Origin: Oligoflexia bacterium | GTDB taxonomy: Bacteria; Bdellovibrionota; UBA1018 | Assembly (NCBI GenBank): GCA_963758495.1 | Contig: CAVWVI010000003.1 | Location: 384,001-448,000 of the forward strand | Direction of reading: 5' to 3' | DNA length: 64,000 nucleotides | Part shown: positions 19,736-29,217 of the stretch, piece after piece | Numbering within the stretch: the first letter of the stretch is position 1 | Layout: every line of letters starts with the position of its first letter | Translations under genes and position numbers: made by a program | Notes under the pieces: model-generated | Databases searched by the model: none | Told to the model about the DNA's origin: nothing | The model's input: only the letters and a program-made list of their open reading frames with translations

Positions 19736-21711
19736 CCCTAAATTGGTAATTCAAATATTAATATATAAAGTATTTTCATTTTGTCATGCGTAAATTTGTA
19801 CTTTATAGAATTAAATTTGTCCACTAAAATAGTGGAGTTTGAAATAAAATTCATTTACATGAGATCAAACTTTAGTTAAGACCTCCTGCATTATGATCAT
19901 CCACAACAAGATGGGCCGTCCAAAAAAAGATCCTAATCGAACCGATATACGATTGGGGGAGCTCAAGTATAAGGGAGAAGATGACTCACTTACGGCGGCA
20001 GCAGGGCTTCCCATTATGTTGGAGCTGTTTTCAAGGTCACCCGCATTTACTCAATTTGTAAAGTGCCTCCCTTCCAGAGCTGGAAATAATACTTACGGAA
20101 GTGAAAAAATCGCATTACTTATTTGGCTAGGATTCTTGAGAGGATTCGATTGTATCGAGGATTTGGCTGATTTTGTATGGGATCCAGGTGTCATGCGAAA
20201 GCTGGGAGAGATTCCGAAACCTAGAGCTATTGGAAATTATTTGAGAGATTTTTCAGTAGAAAATAATGAAGCTATGAACGCATTCTTAAGACATCAGGCA
20301 AACCTGGCCAGAAGGCGGTTATTTAGCGACACTCCATTGGTGATTGACATAGATAGTACTTCACATGTTCAAAGAGGAAGTACCATTGAAGGGCTCGCTT
20401 ATAATTATAAAAACGAATGGTGCTTAGATAGCCTAGTAGCGTTTGATCAATTAGGATTTTGTCATGGAATGAAGCTCAGACCAGGCAGTACGTTTTCCTC
20501 TCAGGGATCCGCAGATTTCATTCGTGAAATATTTCCTGTATTGCCTGTGGATGAAGTGCAAAGAAAAAAAGAAAAAAGTAGACGCTTTTTTCGAGCAGAC
20601 TCAGCATTCTGCGAACAAGACTCCATTCATGCCTGCCTCGAGAGAGGGGTTTTATTTACAATCAGTGCACATGGCCGAACAGGATGGAAAGACCGAGTAA
20701 AAGCAGGAGCGATTCAAGATTGGATACCCTGGGAATATTCTCAAAAGGAAATAGAAGAAGCACAGGAGGCTGGCATTTCTTTACCTAAAGTAGATTTAGG
20801 TTCTTTTGTTTACCAGCCCGGATGGAGTGAGAATTTGCGTTTCTACCATGTCGTCAAAAGAACTTGGGTTACAAAGAAAACTAAACTCCCTAAGAAGAAA
20901 CAAACACAAGTTGAGAGTCTGGATGAAGAAGAGACTTTTGTTGAAGGTGAATGGCTCTATTATGGAGTTTTAACTAATTGGAATCTCTTTGAACATTCGC
21001 TTCAGGAAATCATGATACATCACCACCAGAGGGGTCATGCGGAAAATTTTATAAAAGAGGGAAAAAATTCTTATGACCTTAAGCACTTTCCATGTAAACC
21101 ATTGAAAGCAAATCACGCTTATGGCCTTTTAGGTTTAGTCGCGCACAATTTCATGAGAACGCTTGCTCTTCTCGATTCACCGAGCAAGCCCCACTTTGCT
21201 AAAGCAATTAGAAAAAAATTCATTTTTATCCCAGGAAAACTAGTTAACAGCGCTAAACAATGGTGGATGAAAATTCCAAGTCACTGGAAGAAGGAGGTGG
21301 ACCGACTTCTACACGCCTGGGAAAGGGCGTTTCTTCTTTCCCCAAATGCCAGGTAGATATTTTTCCTCTGGCATTGGGCCCACAAAAGCACTTTCGATTG
21401 TGATTAGTCCTGCATGATCTTTGACAACTTCACGTTGCTTGGATTGAGCCGGACCTTCGCTAACGGATAGCGCCGATGTTTTACCAACTAAATAAAGCTA
21501 CACACTCAGAGGCGCTAAGCACGCCCTAAAAAATGCTGCAGGGGACCTGCAGGGAGCACTCCCTTGTCTAATTTCACTGCCTAGAGGCGGAGGTGATGCC
21601 AAATTCTGGGCGCACGAAGGCCCTTCCATCCCCATCGAGGGGAACAGAAACAAAAATTTCTTCTAAAAATGACCTGTTTTTAAAGTGTCTGATTCAAAAT
21701 GCGGATTTGGG
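19736..21711 (+). mobile_element. IS1380-family element copy B, complete (1976 bp), nested in copy A
   Basis: Flanked by direct repeat ACTTCA at 19730-19735 and 21712-21717 (ACTTCAC if the element starts one base later); no differences from copy A seen by eye. Confidence 0.9.
19893..21356 (+). CDS. IS1380-family transposase, identical protein to 18196..19659
   Basis: Same 487-aa translation, offset 1697 bp. Confidence 0.92.
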   Translation: MIIHNKMGRPKKDPNRTDIRLGELKYKGEDDSLTAAAGLPIMLELFSRSPAFTQFVKCLPSRAGNNTYGSEKIALLIWLGFLRGFDCIEDLADFVWDPGVMRKLGEIPKPRAIGNYLRDFSVENNEAMNAFLRHQANLARRRLFSDTPLVIDIDSTSHVQRGSTIEGLAYNYKNEWCLDSLVAFDQLGFCHGMKLRPGSTFSSQGSADFIREIFPVLPVDEVQRKKEKSRRFFRADSAFCEQDSIHACLERGVLFTISAHGRTGWKDRVKAGAIQDWIPWEYSQKEIEEAQEAGISLPKVDLGSFVYQPGWSENLRFYHVVKRTWVTKKTKLPKKKQTQVESLDEEETFVEGEWLYYGVLTNWNLFEHSLQEIMIHHHQRGHAENFIKEGKNSYDLKHFPCKPLKANHAYGLLGLVAHNFMRTLALLDSPSKPHFAKAIRKKFIFIPGKLVNSAKQWWMKIPSHWKKEVDRLLHAWERAFLLSPNAR

Positions 21712-22229
21712 ACTTCACGTTGCTTGGATTGAGCCGGACCTTCGCTAACGGATAGCGCCGATGTTTTACCAACTAAATAAAGCTACACACTCAGAGGCGC
21801 TAAGCACGCCCTAAAAAATGCTGCAGGGGACCTGCAGGGAGCACTCCCTTGTCTAATTTCACTGCCTAGAGGCGGAGGTGATGCCAAATTCTGGGCGCAC
21901 GAAGGCCCTTCCATCCCCATCGAGGGGAACAGAAACAAAAATTTCTTCTAAAAATGACCTGTTTTTAAAGTGTCTGATTCAAAATGCGGATTTGGGTTTT
22001 ACCAACTAAATAAAGCTACACACTCAGAGGCGCTAAGCACGCCCTAAAAAATGCTGCAGGGGACCTGCAGGGAGCACTCCCTTGTCTAATTTCACTGCCT
22101 AGAGGCGGAGGTGATGCCAAATTCTGGGCGCACGAAGGCCCTTCCATCCCCATCGAGGGGAACAGAAACAAAAATTTCTTCTAAAAATGACCTGTTTTTA
22201 AAGTGTCTGATTCAAAATGCGGATTTGGG
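21479..22229 (+). repeat. Three direct copies of the 233-bp IS right-end segment (21479-21711, 21764-21996, 21997-22229)
   Basis: TTTTACCAACTAAATAAAGC...AAATGCGGATTTGGG occurs three times. Confidence 0.95.
21997..22229 (+). mobile_element. IS1380-family copy C, right-end remnant (233 bp)
   Basis: Matches 21479-21711 of copy B and ends in the same GCGGATTTGGG terminus. Confidence 0.85.
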
Positions 22230-22290
22230 AACCTTTATTTTTCTTAGAAATTTCAATTACTTATCTTCATTATATAGGGAAATATTAAAA

Positions 22291-22367
22291 TGGCGGGAGT
22301 GAAGGGACTCGAACCCTCGACCTTCGCCGTGACAGGGCGACGTTGTAACCAACTCAACTACACCCCC
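22291..22367 (-). tRNA. tRNA-Asp (anticodon GTC), CCA encoded
   Basis: Reverse complement GGGGGTGTAGTTGAGTTGGTTACAACGTCGCCCT-GTC-ACGGCGAAGGTCGAGGGTTCGAGTCCCTTCACTCCCGCCA folds as a 77-nt cloverleaf. Confidence 0.96.
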
Positions 22368-22476
22368 GCATTTAAAATAGGGCTGTCACTGCGTCTTGAA
22401 CAAGAGAGAGAACTAATCGAATCGACTATCAAAGTCAACAAAGTTTCTTAAAAACTCCGATCATTCACCCGATTCA

Positions 22477-23355
22477 TCATCCGATTAATGGCAGCTTCCG
22501 CTTTTTATATTCTTCAGTCAAAACATCCTGCATCGTTTTAATCACGAAATCATAGATATTTTGTAGATTCTGCTCCTCGGTGAGCGAAGAATCCATCATT
22601 GCGCTCACATCAATTGGAGGGAGGATCTTGAAGTCCATTTTAGCGGGCATAGGAATAAAAATAGAGGCAAATGCGGCTGGAGCTAGAAGCAGCGGGAATA
22701 AGGTAAACACACCGCTAACCATGCACCACATAAAGAAAAGAGATCTAAATGTAATAGGAACGCCATGAAGACGAAATTTTTCCTTGAGACCTAATTTTTC
22801 AGCAATTTCCTCACCCCGATGAAGAATTACGTAACTCTCATGAGCACCAATGCTCACAACGGGCACGATGGGTACTTTGGCTTTAAGTGCAAGACGGATA
22901 AAGCCTTTTCGCTGATAAAAATCGACTTTTTTACGTTCAGAATAAGGGCGAAATGACTCTTTTTCTCCCCCCGGGTACACAAGTAATGAATAGTCACGGC
23001 TCAAAGCTTCTATAGCAATTTCCGGATCCGCAGGAATGGCACCAATCCTTGGAATAATCCAACGAAAAACGGGATTATTTAACGCAAGACTATGAGCTAA
23101 ACCCAAGGCTCTTTTAGAAGACCCGAAACGCTTCCACCAAGCATAAAAAAGCATCAACACTTCAAAAGTAAGTAGGCCGTTATGATTTCCTACAAACAGC
23201 GCCTTTTCCTTAGGAAAATTTTCCCAGCCAGCTACATTACAGCGAAAATAATATTTATAAAGACCTTCCAGGAATGGTTCAATTTTTCGTGCGAAATCAT
23301 GATCGACGCGGCCTAAGTCTCTAAAAAGTCTTCGTTTTTGTGCTGATGAAACCAT
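22477..23355 (-). CDS. Lysophospholipid/glycerol acyltransferase family protein (PlsC/DGAT2-like)
   Basis: ALFVGNHNG, LLVYPGG and GFIRLAL...PIVPV motifs; ATG 23355 after GAGGGG. Confidence 0.85.
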   Translation of the reverse strand: MVSSAQKRRLFRDLGRVDHDFARKIEPFLEGLYKYYFRCNVAGWENFPKEKALFVGNHNGLLTFEVLMLFYAWWKRFGSSKRALGLAHSLALNNPVFRWIIPRIGAIPADPEIAIEALSRDYSLLVYPGGEKESFRPYSERKKVDFYQRKGFIRLALKAKVPIVPVVSIGAHESYVILHRGEEIAEKLGLKEKFRLHGVPITFRSLFFMWCMVSGVFTLFPLLLAPAAFASIFIPMPAKMDFKILPPIDVSAMMDSSLTEEQNLQNIYDFVIKTMQDVLTEEYKKRKLPLIG

Positions 23356-23424
23356 AAACCCCCTCAATACGGAGGAACATATGCGCCAAGTTATGCCTAT
23401 TGTCAATTAAACTGACTGGAGAAG

Positions 23425-24598
23425 TTATGCAATATCTTCTGATCCACCCCCTCGAGCCCACTCCCCCGTAATTCGGCATGTCAGATAAGACTTCATGAAG
23501 CCGTCTAAATCCCCATCCAAAGTCTTTTCTGCTGTAGGGACGACGAAGCCTGTTCGATGATCTTTAACCATTTTATAGGGATGAAGAACATAAGAGCGAA
23601 TTTGACTGCCCCAGGCAATGTCTTTCTTGGTTTCCTCAATAGCAGCTTGCTTCTTTCGCTCTTCCTCAAGATGCCGTTCATAAAGACGAGATCTAAGGAC
23701 TTTCATTGCGAGATCTTTATTCTTAATTTGAGAACGTTCTTGCTGGCACGCAACCACGATACCCGATGGCATATGAGTCAGCCTGACCGCTGAGTCCGTC
23801 GTATTCACGCCTTGCCCCCCCTTACCTCCCGATCTGTAAACGTCAACTCTAAGATCAACCGGATTAATCACAACCTCAAAATCATCATCAATTTCTGGGC
23901 TGATATAAACACTCGTAAACGAGGTATGTCTGCGAGCATTTGAATCAAAGGGGGATATTCTTACCAATCGATGAACGCCCGCTTCGGACTTCAATAAACC
24001 ATAAGCATAGGGCCCGCTGACAGTCAGTGTGACATTCTTAATTCCTGCCTCTTCACCTGCCAAGTAATCAATCAAATCAACTTTAAATCCCTTATCTTGA
24101 GCCCAACGCTGATACATACGCATCAACATCTGCGCCCAATCTTGAGACTCAGTTCCGCCAGCACCGGCATTAATAGTTAAAATGGCATTATTGGAGTCTA
24201 CATCTTCAGAGAGCATCTTATGGAATTCAACTTGCTCAAACTGTAAAGACAGACCTTTCACAAGCTGAGAGACCTCTTTAAAAGTATCTTCATCCTTCGC
24301 TTCTTGTGCGAGCTCAAAAAGAGTAGTCGCATCGTTAAATGCACGCTCAAGCTCTGAAAACTCAGTCAATTCAGACTCAAGGCGAGATTTTTCCTGCGTG
24401 AGTGCCCGAGCCTTTCGGTTATCATTCCAAAAGCCATCTTGATTCGAAAGTTCTGCTAATTCTTGAATTCGACGTTGTTTGACCCCAAGGTCAAAGTGAA
24501 CCTCGAAGGAAATCGAGCTTTTCGCTCATATTGGATAGAAATTCCTTAATTTCATAAGGAGCCAAAATAGATCCGCTTCCCTGCTGTTGTAAACTCAT
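23425..24598 (-). CDS. prfB: Peptide chain release factor 2 with programmed +1 frameshift (~390 aa)
   Basis: SPF and GGQ motifs; upstream frame MSLQQQ...FLRGSL ends CTT TGA C at 24496-24490 and resumes in +1 as DLGVKQRRIQEL...FWND. Confidence 0.95.
24490..24504 (-). promoter_or_regulatory. prfB frameshift cassette GAGGT-TCA-CTT-TGA-C
   Basis: Canonical CTTTGAC slippery/stop site with an SD-like GAGGT just 5' of it. Confidence 0.9.
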
Positions 24599-24604
24599 GT
24601 GAAT

Positions 24605-25105
24605 CTAATTACCTGAGTAAGTGCGATCGATCAAGCCTAAGAATTGATGAAGTTTAGAAGAGGGTAATATTGTCTTCAGTATTTTGGACTCCCACTTTGC
24701 CATTTCTCCTGCCTCTCGAACTCCTAGTTCATGATCAAATCCCAATAAATGGAGAATCCCATGAACCAAAAGCACATCTAATTCCAACTCGGGTTCATGA
24801 TGATAGGATTTAGCTTGTTCTTTGAGGGTGGGTAGACAGATGACCATTTCACCCAGCAAGCCGGTTTCACGAAAGAATGCGATGGCAGGAAAACTTAAAA
24901 TATCAGTCGGATAGCGTTTTCCACGAAACGAGGAATTGAGACGGGTCATCGTAGGCCGATTGACTAATTTAAATTCGACATTCCATTGAACTTTTGGACC
25001 TAATTTTGCCAATGTTGGGAATTGCTGAGCTGCTTTTAGAATCCGATTGAGCTTCCGTTCCGCCAACTCATTCCAATCTTGAAGGGACAGGGCTTTCATG
25101 GACAA
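24605..25105 (-). CDS. ybeY: rRNA maturation endonuclease YbeY
   Basis: PTDILSF, LGEMVIC and HGILHLLGFDH zinc motif. Confidence 0.93.
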   Translation of the reverse strand: MSMKALSLQDWNELAERKLNRILKAAQQFPTLAKLGPKVQWNVEFKLVNRPTMTRLNSSFRGKRYPTDILSFPAIAFFRETGLLGEMVICLPTLKEQAKSYHHEPELELDVLLVHGILHLLGFDHELGVREAGEMAKWESKILKTILPSSKLHQFLGLIDRTYSGN

Positions 25106-25147
25106 GACTCTAACGTATACCCCAATATTATGTTAATTCATTTTAAT

Positions 25148-26611
25148 ATGACTCAAATGAAATCCAATCCATCTCCAACAGCGCTCCTTCAACTCATTGA
25201 AACCGTGCATCGCCTCCGAGCACCCGATGGTTGCCCGTGGGACCGAGCTCAAACTCATCAAAGTTTGCGTCAATACTTAATCGAAGAAGCCTATGAAGTA
25301 ATCGATGTTTTAGATCAAATTAACTCTCCTGAAGACCTAAAAATTCCAAAGATCCGAGACAGTTTTCGAGAAGAACTCGGTGACCTTTTCATGCAAGTAC
25401 TTCTGCACTCCGAAATGACTCATGAGGCGGGGGCATTTAATATTCATGACGTTGCTCAAGGCCTGAATGATAAACTCATCCGCAGACACCCTCATGTGTT
25501 TGGAGAAGTAAAAGCAGATTCAGTAGAGAGTGCACTCAAAAATTGGGAAAAAGAAAAATCAAAAGAAAAAGCCTCAGACTTAAATTCGAGTATTTTAGAG
25601 GGAGTACCTCGCAATTTGCCAGCACTTCAACGCGCCGCTCGCGTGTTGGAAAAAGTGACAAAAGTAGGATTTCAATGGCACGACATGCATGGCCCATTGG
25701 AAAAAGTCGATGAAGAACTCGCAGAACTTAAATTAGAAATACTCAAGCTCGATCAACTGACTCAGACCCCTCAAACTTCTGAGTCTTCTGAACTTGAAAA
25801 AGCACTTAAAAAACGAGTTGAATCTGAATTGGGAGATTTATTTTTTACGCTGTGCAACATTTCTTATCTCATGAAAATCAGCCCAGAGGATTCTTTACGA
25901 GGCACTCTCTCTCGTTTTCAAAATCGCTTTCGGCATGTTGAATCTAGACTCAAAGAACAGGGAAAAACTCCAGAGCAATCTAGCTTAGTCGAAATGGATC
26001 AGTTTTGGAATGAGGCAAAGAAAATTGAAAAAGCTGAAGTCTGGGGTCTTACAGGAGGTATTGCAGCAGGAAAATCAACAGTCGGTCAATACTTCATTCA
26101 GCTTGGAATACCCGTCATAGATGCAGATCAAATCACAAGAGACCTCCTCCAAAAAGATAGCCCGGCCTATTCTGATTTGATTCATCGCTTTGGAACCCTA
26201 GAGCGAAATCAACTCCGAGAAATTGTTTTTTCTGATTTAACAGCAAAGAAAGACCTTGAACAGATCCTCCATCCCTTGATTCAAATGGAAAGTAGAAAAC
26301 GAATTCAAACTTTGGCTTTAAAACATCCCATCATCATCTATGAAGCTGCACTTCTAGTCGAAACGGGTCGTTATCAAGACCTAGCGGGTCTCATTGTTGT
26401 AGAGGCTTCTGAAGAAATTCGCATTCAACGCCTTCTCTCACGGAAAACGGCAACACCCGAGTTAGCCAGAAAAATGATAAACTCTCAAATTTCAGATCTA
26501 GAGAGAGAAAAGCATGCAGATCTTATTTTGGAAAATTCAGGAACCCTTGAAGATTTGCATACTAAAGTTGAGGAATTTGTTTTTAAAAAAGGTTGGAATT
26601 CACACACTTAA
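25148..26611 (+). CDS. mazG: MazG nucleoside-triphosphate pyrophosphohydrolase fused to dephospho-CoA kinase (CoaE)
   Basis: LRAPDGCPWDRAQT, EEAYE, EELGD, RRHPHVF and ELGDLFF, then in frame GLTGGIAAGKS, IDAD and LEQILHP; start placed at 25148 (ORF track 25079). Confidence 0.9.
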   Translation: MTQMKSNPSPTALLQLIETVHRLRAPDGCPWDRAQTHQSLRQYLIEEAYEVIDVLDQINSPEDLKIPKIRDSFREELGDLFMQVLLHSEMTHEAGAFNIHDVAQGLNDKLIRRHPHVFGEVKADSVESALKNWEKEKSKEKASDLNSSILEGVPRNLPALQRAARVLEKVTKVGFQWHDMHGPLEKVDEELAELKLEILKLDQLTQTPQTSESSELEKALKKRVESELGDLFFTLCNISYLMKISPEDSLRGTLSRFQNRFRHVESRLKEQGKTPEQSSLVEMDQFWNEAKKIEKAEVWGLTGGIAAGKSTVGQYFIQLGIPVIDADQITRDLLQKDSPAYSDLIHRFGTLERNQLREIVFSDLTAKKDLEQILHPLIQMESRKRIQTLALKHPIIIYEAALLVETGRYQDLAGLIVVEASEEIRIQRLLSRKTATPELARKMINSQISDLEREKHADLILENSGTLEDLHTKVEEFVFKKGWNSHT

Positions 26612-26681
26612 TCTTTACAAACAAAAAAACGTCCCCTACTCTTAAATAATCGTTTTTTAAACGTCCGCTACCGGAGGGTGG

Positions 26682-27545
26682 ATGAAATCTATTATTGGAA
26701 TCATTGCGGGAATCATTGCGCTTAGTTCTCTATTCACAGGCTGCAATCCTTATAGCGTGGTGGATAAACCATCAGGAGATATTCAAACTTTATCTGCCGC
26801 CCGAGCCTGTTTTGACCAAGGTGATTTTACCTGTTCACTGAACTACTATGCACAGCTCTCGTCAGCCCAGTCAGATCAACAAAATGCTGAAACCGCTTTT
26901 TTACTCCTGGCTCAAAATGGTGCCCCAATCACTTCCTATGTCAATGCTGTTGTAAATGGCTCCAGCAGTGGAGGTAAGCTCATTACACTTCTTTCAAATT
27001 CTTTAACCCAAACACCCAGCTTAACCAATCGTCTTGCTTATTTTCATGCCTATCAAAAAAATACTGCCATTATCGATACGAAATCTCAGGGCTTGGTTCG
27101 TTTTGTGGCTAGTCTAGCTCTGATTGCAGAACTTCTCGGAGAAGATGCGAGCACCTCCGGCAATCTCTTGGCCTCAGATATTGTCAAGAATCCAACTGAA
27201 TGTCTGACCAACATGAATTCAAACCCTATTACTTTCGCCAGCCTCATTCCGAATACAGGTTGTGAAAAACCAACAGGAAAGCTCCTGACTACCGGAAGTC
27301 CCCTTACCTCTTTAGATGCGATCACCAGTGATACGAGTATGTCAGGAACGCCCACTCTTTACATGATTGATGCTGCCATTAATTCTGCGGAAGCAGGGTT
27401 GAATCAAATGGACACTTCCGGCTCTTTAGGCTCCACAACTCTAAGCTTTACCCAGAAGGTATTACAAGCGGGGCTTTCTGGAGGCTCAGGTGATTCCCCT
27501 TTCTTTCGAGGAACCCTCATCTTACTTGGTGTAGGAGCAAACTAA
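26682..27545 (+). CDS. Hypothetical lipoprotein
   Basis: GGAGG SD, lipobox FTGC, short TPR-like helix pair after the Cys. Confidence 0.7.
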   Translation: MKSIIGIIAGIIALSSLFTGCNPYSVVDKPSGDIQTLSAARACFDQGDFTCSLNYYAQLSSAQSDQQNAETAFLLLAQNGAPITSYVNAVVNGSSSGGKLITLLSNSLTQTPSLTNRLAYFHAYQKNTAIIDTKSQGLVRFVASLALIAELLGEDASTSGNLLASDIVKNPTECLTNMNSNPITFASLIPNTGCEKPTGKLLTTGSPLTSLDAITSDTSMSGTPTLYMIDAAINSAEAGLNQMDTSGSLGSTTLSFTQKVLQAGLSGGSGDSPFFRGTLILLGVGAN

Positions 27546-28666
27546 TGTCTTTCACACTCTCTTTTTTATTTTCATTATCTTGGATTGTCTGGATGAGTTT
27601 TAGCTGCACCTCTGCTTTCGCTTTGGACCAAATTATTCGCCCTTACCAGAGCGTTCGGAGTGCAGGTATGGGTGGAGTCAGAATCACGACTGGATTATAT
27701 GATGAAAACTTCTTCAATAACCCTGCTCGAGTCACTGCCAATCCAAAATCAAAATTCACGCTTCTCCAACTTACGCCAGGAGAAGTAACCCCTCCGACAA
27801 TCAATGCTGCGTCTTCTATTGCAAGCGGAAAAGATGCCATCACCACAGTAAACAGTGTCGCGGGCCAGAATCTCCATGATCGAATTCAATTGATACTTCC
27901 AGCCTTTTATCGAGCTGCCAGTGACGATAGAAAATGGGCCTGGGCTTTTGGACTCATTACAAGTCTGCAAACAGATGCTGATATCAGGATGAGTACTCAA
28001 GCCAGCTTCGACGGCATCGTAGATATAGGTCCTGCCCTCACCATTGGAAGAAAGCTTCTCAAAAATAATGCTCTCTCTATCGGCTTAACAGGACACCTCA
28101 CCTATCGTTTAGGCACCAACCCGAACTACGGATTATTGGATTATATTCGAGGCGTACCCCTCACACTCAATTCACTAGGCGGCGAAGGAGCCATGGTTGA
28201 TTTCGACCTAGGCTCTACCTATAAGCTCACCCGCTTAGGCGAATTTGAGATCAGCATCGGTGGTGCAATACAAAACTTGCTCGGAGGACAGTACAGTAAT
28301 TTGCACTTCACGCCTCTCAATATAGGGAGTCTTCCCCCCGCACAACCCCGAAGTTTTGGACTAGGGGGCTCTGCCACTCGTGCGAAGTGGGGACCCTTTT
28401 CTGAAACAGTTTTTGCGTTAGAAGCAACAGACTTTCTCAATAATTCAAATGGAAGTCTATTTCGACTTTTGCATATCGGCGGCGAAACTCGCTGGAAAGC
28501 CATTGCCTTCCGAGCAGGTCTTAATCAGGGATATTGGACAGCTGGACTTGGACTCGATGCTCATTATTTTACACTCAATTTAGCGAGTTATGGCGAAGAG
28601 ATGGGCTTAAACGCCGGTGTCTTACAAGATCGCAGGTATACCCTAGACTTTGGGCTTCATATTTAA
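27545..28666 (+). CDS. Outer-membrane beta-barrel protein (TraF/FadL-like superfamily)
   Basis: Signal peptide, RSAGMGG, FFNNPA and RAGLNQGYWTAGLG...SYGEE; TAATG coupling to the lipoprotein. Confidence 0.7.
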   Translation: MSFTLSFLFSLSWIVWMSFSCTSAFALDQIIRPYQSVRSAGMGGVRITTGLYDENFFNNPARVTANPKSKFTLLQLTPGEVTPPTINAASSIASGKDAITTVNSVAGQNLHDRIQLILPAFYRAASDDRKWAWAFGLITSLQTDADIRMSTQASFDGIVDIGPALTIGRKLLKNNALSIGLTGHLTYRLGTNPNYGLLDYIRGVPLTLNSLGGEGAMVDFDLGSTYKLTRLGEFEISIGGAIQNLLGGQYSNLHFTPLNIGSLPPAQPRSFGLGGSATRAKWGPFSETVFALEATDFLNNSNGSLFRLLHIGGETRWKAIAFRAGLNQGYWTAGLGLDAHYFTLNLASYGEEMGLNAGVLQDRRYTLDFGLHI

Positions 28667-28754
28667 GGCCCTGTTATTACTTATAAATACTTTAATAAAT
28701 AAAAACAGTACAATATTATTGTTTATTCGCTCGACTCAATGCATAATTATAAAC

Positions 28755-29198
28755 ATGTGGCATGCTCCGAATCAGCGTATCCGATCCCTCACAAGTGGGA
28801 AAAAACGAGACAAAGATAAGGGCCGAAAATCTTTACATATCAAGAGAGTAACTGCTCAACTCGAATTTTATGAGGGCGACTCTCCCGACCCCACTTCAAC
28901 GCATGTTCGTCTAGTTTTAAATGACTTAACCGCTAAAAGCACTGAGCTTTTTTCACCTATTGCCTTAAACCCTGGGCAGGAGATCGCCTTATCTATCAAG
29001 GAGCCTGAAAGGGTTAAAGTTCAAGCTCAAGTCGTTTGGTGTCAAGAACAGGGTGTCAATAGCCATATTCTCTCTAATCAACCTTACTCATTTCGATTGT
29101 GCGTAGAGTTCAAGTTAACACCAGAAGAAGCACAAGCCATGGCTGCATTTTGTGAAATTATAAATAATAATTATCTATTTAATACGCATACAATTTAA
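28755..29198 (+). CDS. PilZ-like domain protein (degenerate motifs)
   Basis: LNDLT, LNPGQEI.L.I, AQVVWC and FRLCVEF follow the PilZ strand pattern; start at ATG 28755. Confidence 0.55.
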   Translation: MWHAPNQRIRSLTSGKKRDKDKGRKSLHIKRVTAQLEFYEGDSPDPTSTHVRLVLNDLTAKSTELFSPIALNPGQEIALSIKEPERVKVQAQVVWCQEQGVNSHILSNQPYSFRLCVEFKLTPEEAQAMAAFCEIINNNYLFNTHTI

Positions 29199-29217
29199 AC
29201 TAAGGAACTACTTACAA

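Larger units (their letters stand above)
18039..21996 (+). mobile_element. IS1380-family element copy A (18039-19735 plus 21718-21996 = 1976 bp), split by copy B
   Basis: Left end (C)CCTAAATTGGTAATTCAAAT, right end ATTCAAAATGCGGATTTGGG (13/20 inverted match); the two pieces sum to the length of copy B. Confidence 0.85.

Noticed and set aside
21427..22229. Repeated blocks as a CRISPR array or ordinary tandem repeat
   Set aside because: Units are 233-285 bp with no unique spacers, no cas genes are nearby, and they are fully explained as IS right ends
22111..22302. 63-aa ORF
   Set aside because: Crosses the IS right end into flank and overlaps the tRNA; no recognisable protein features
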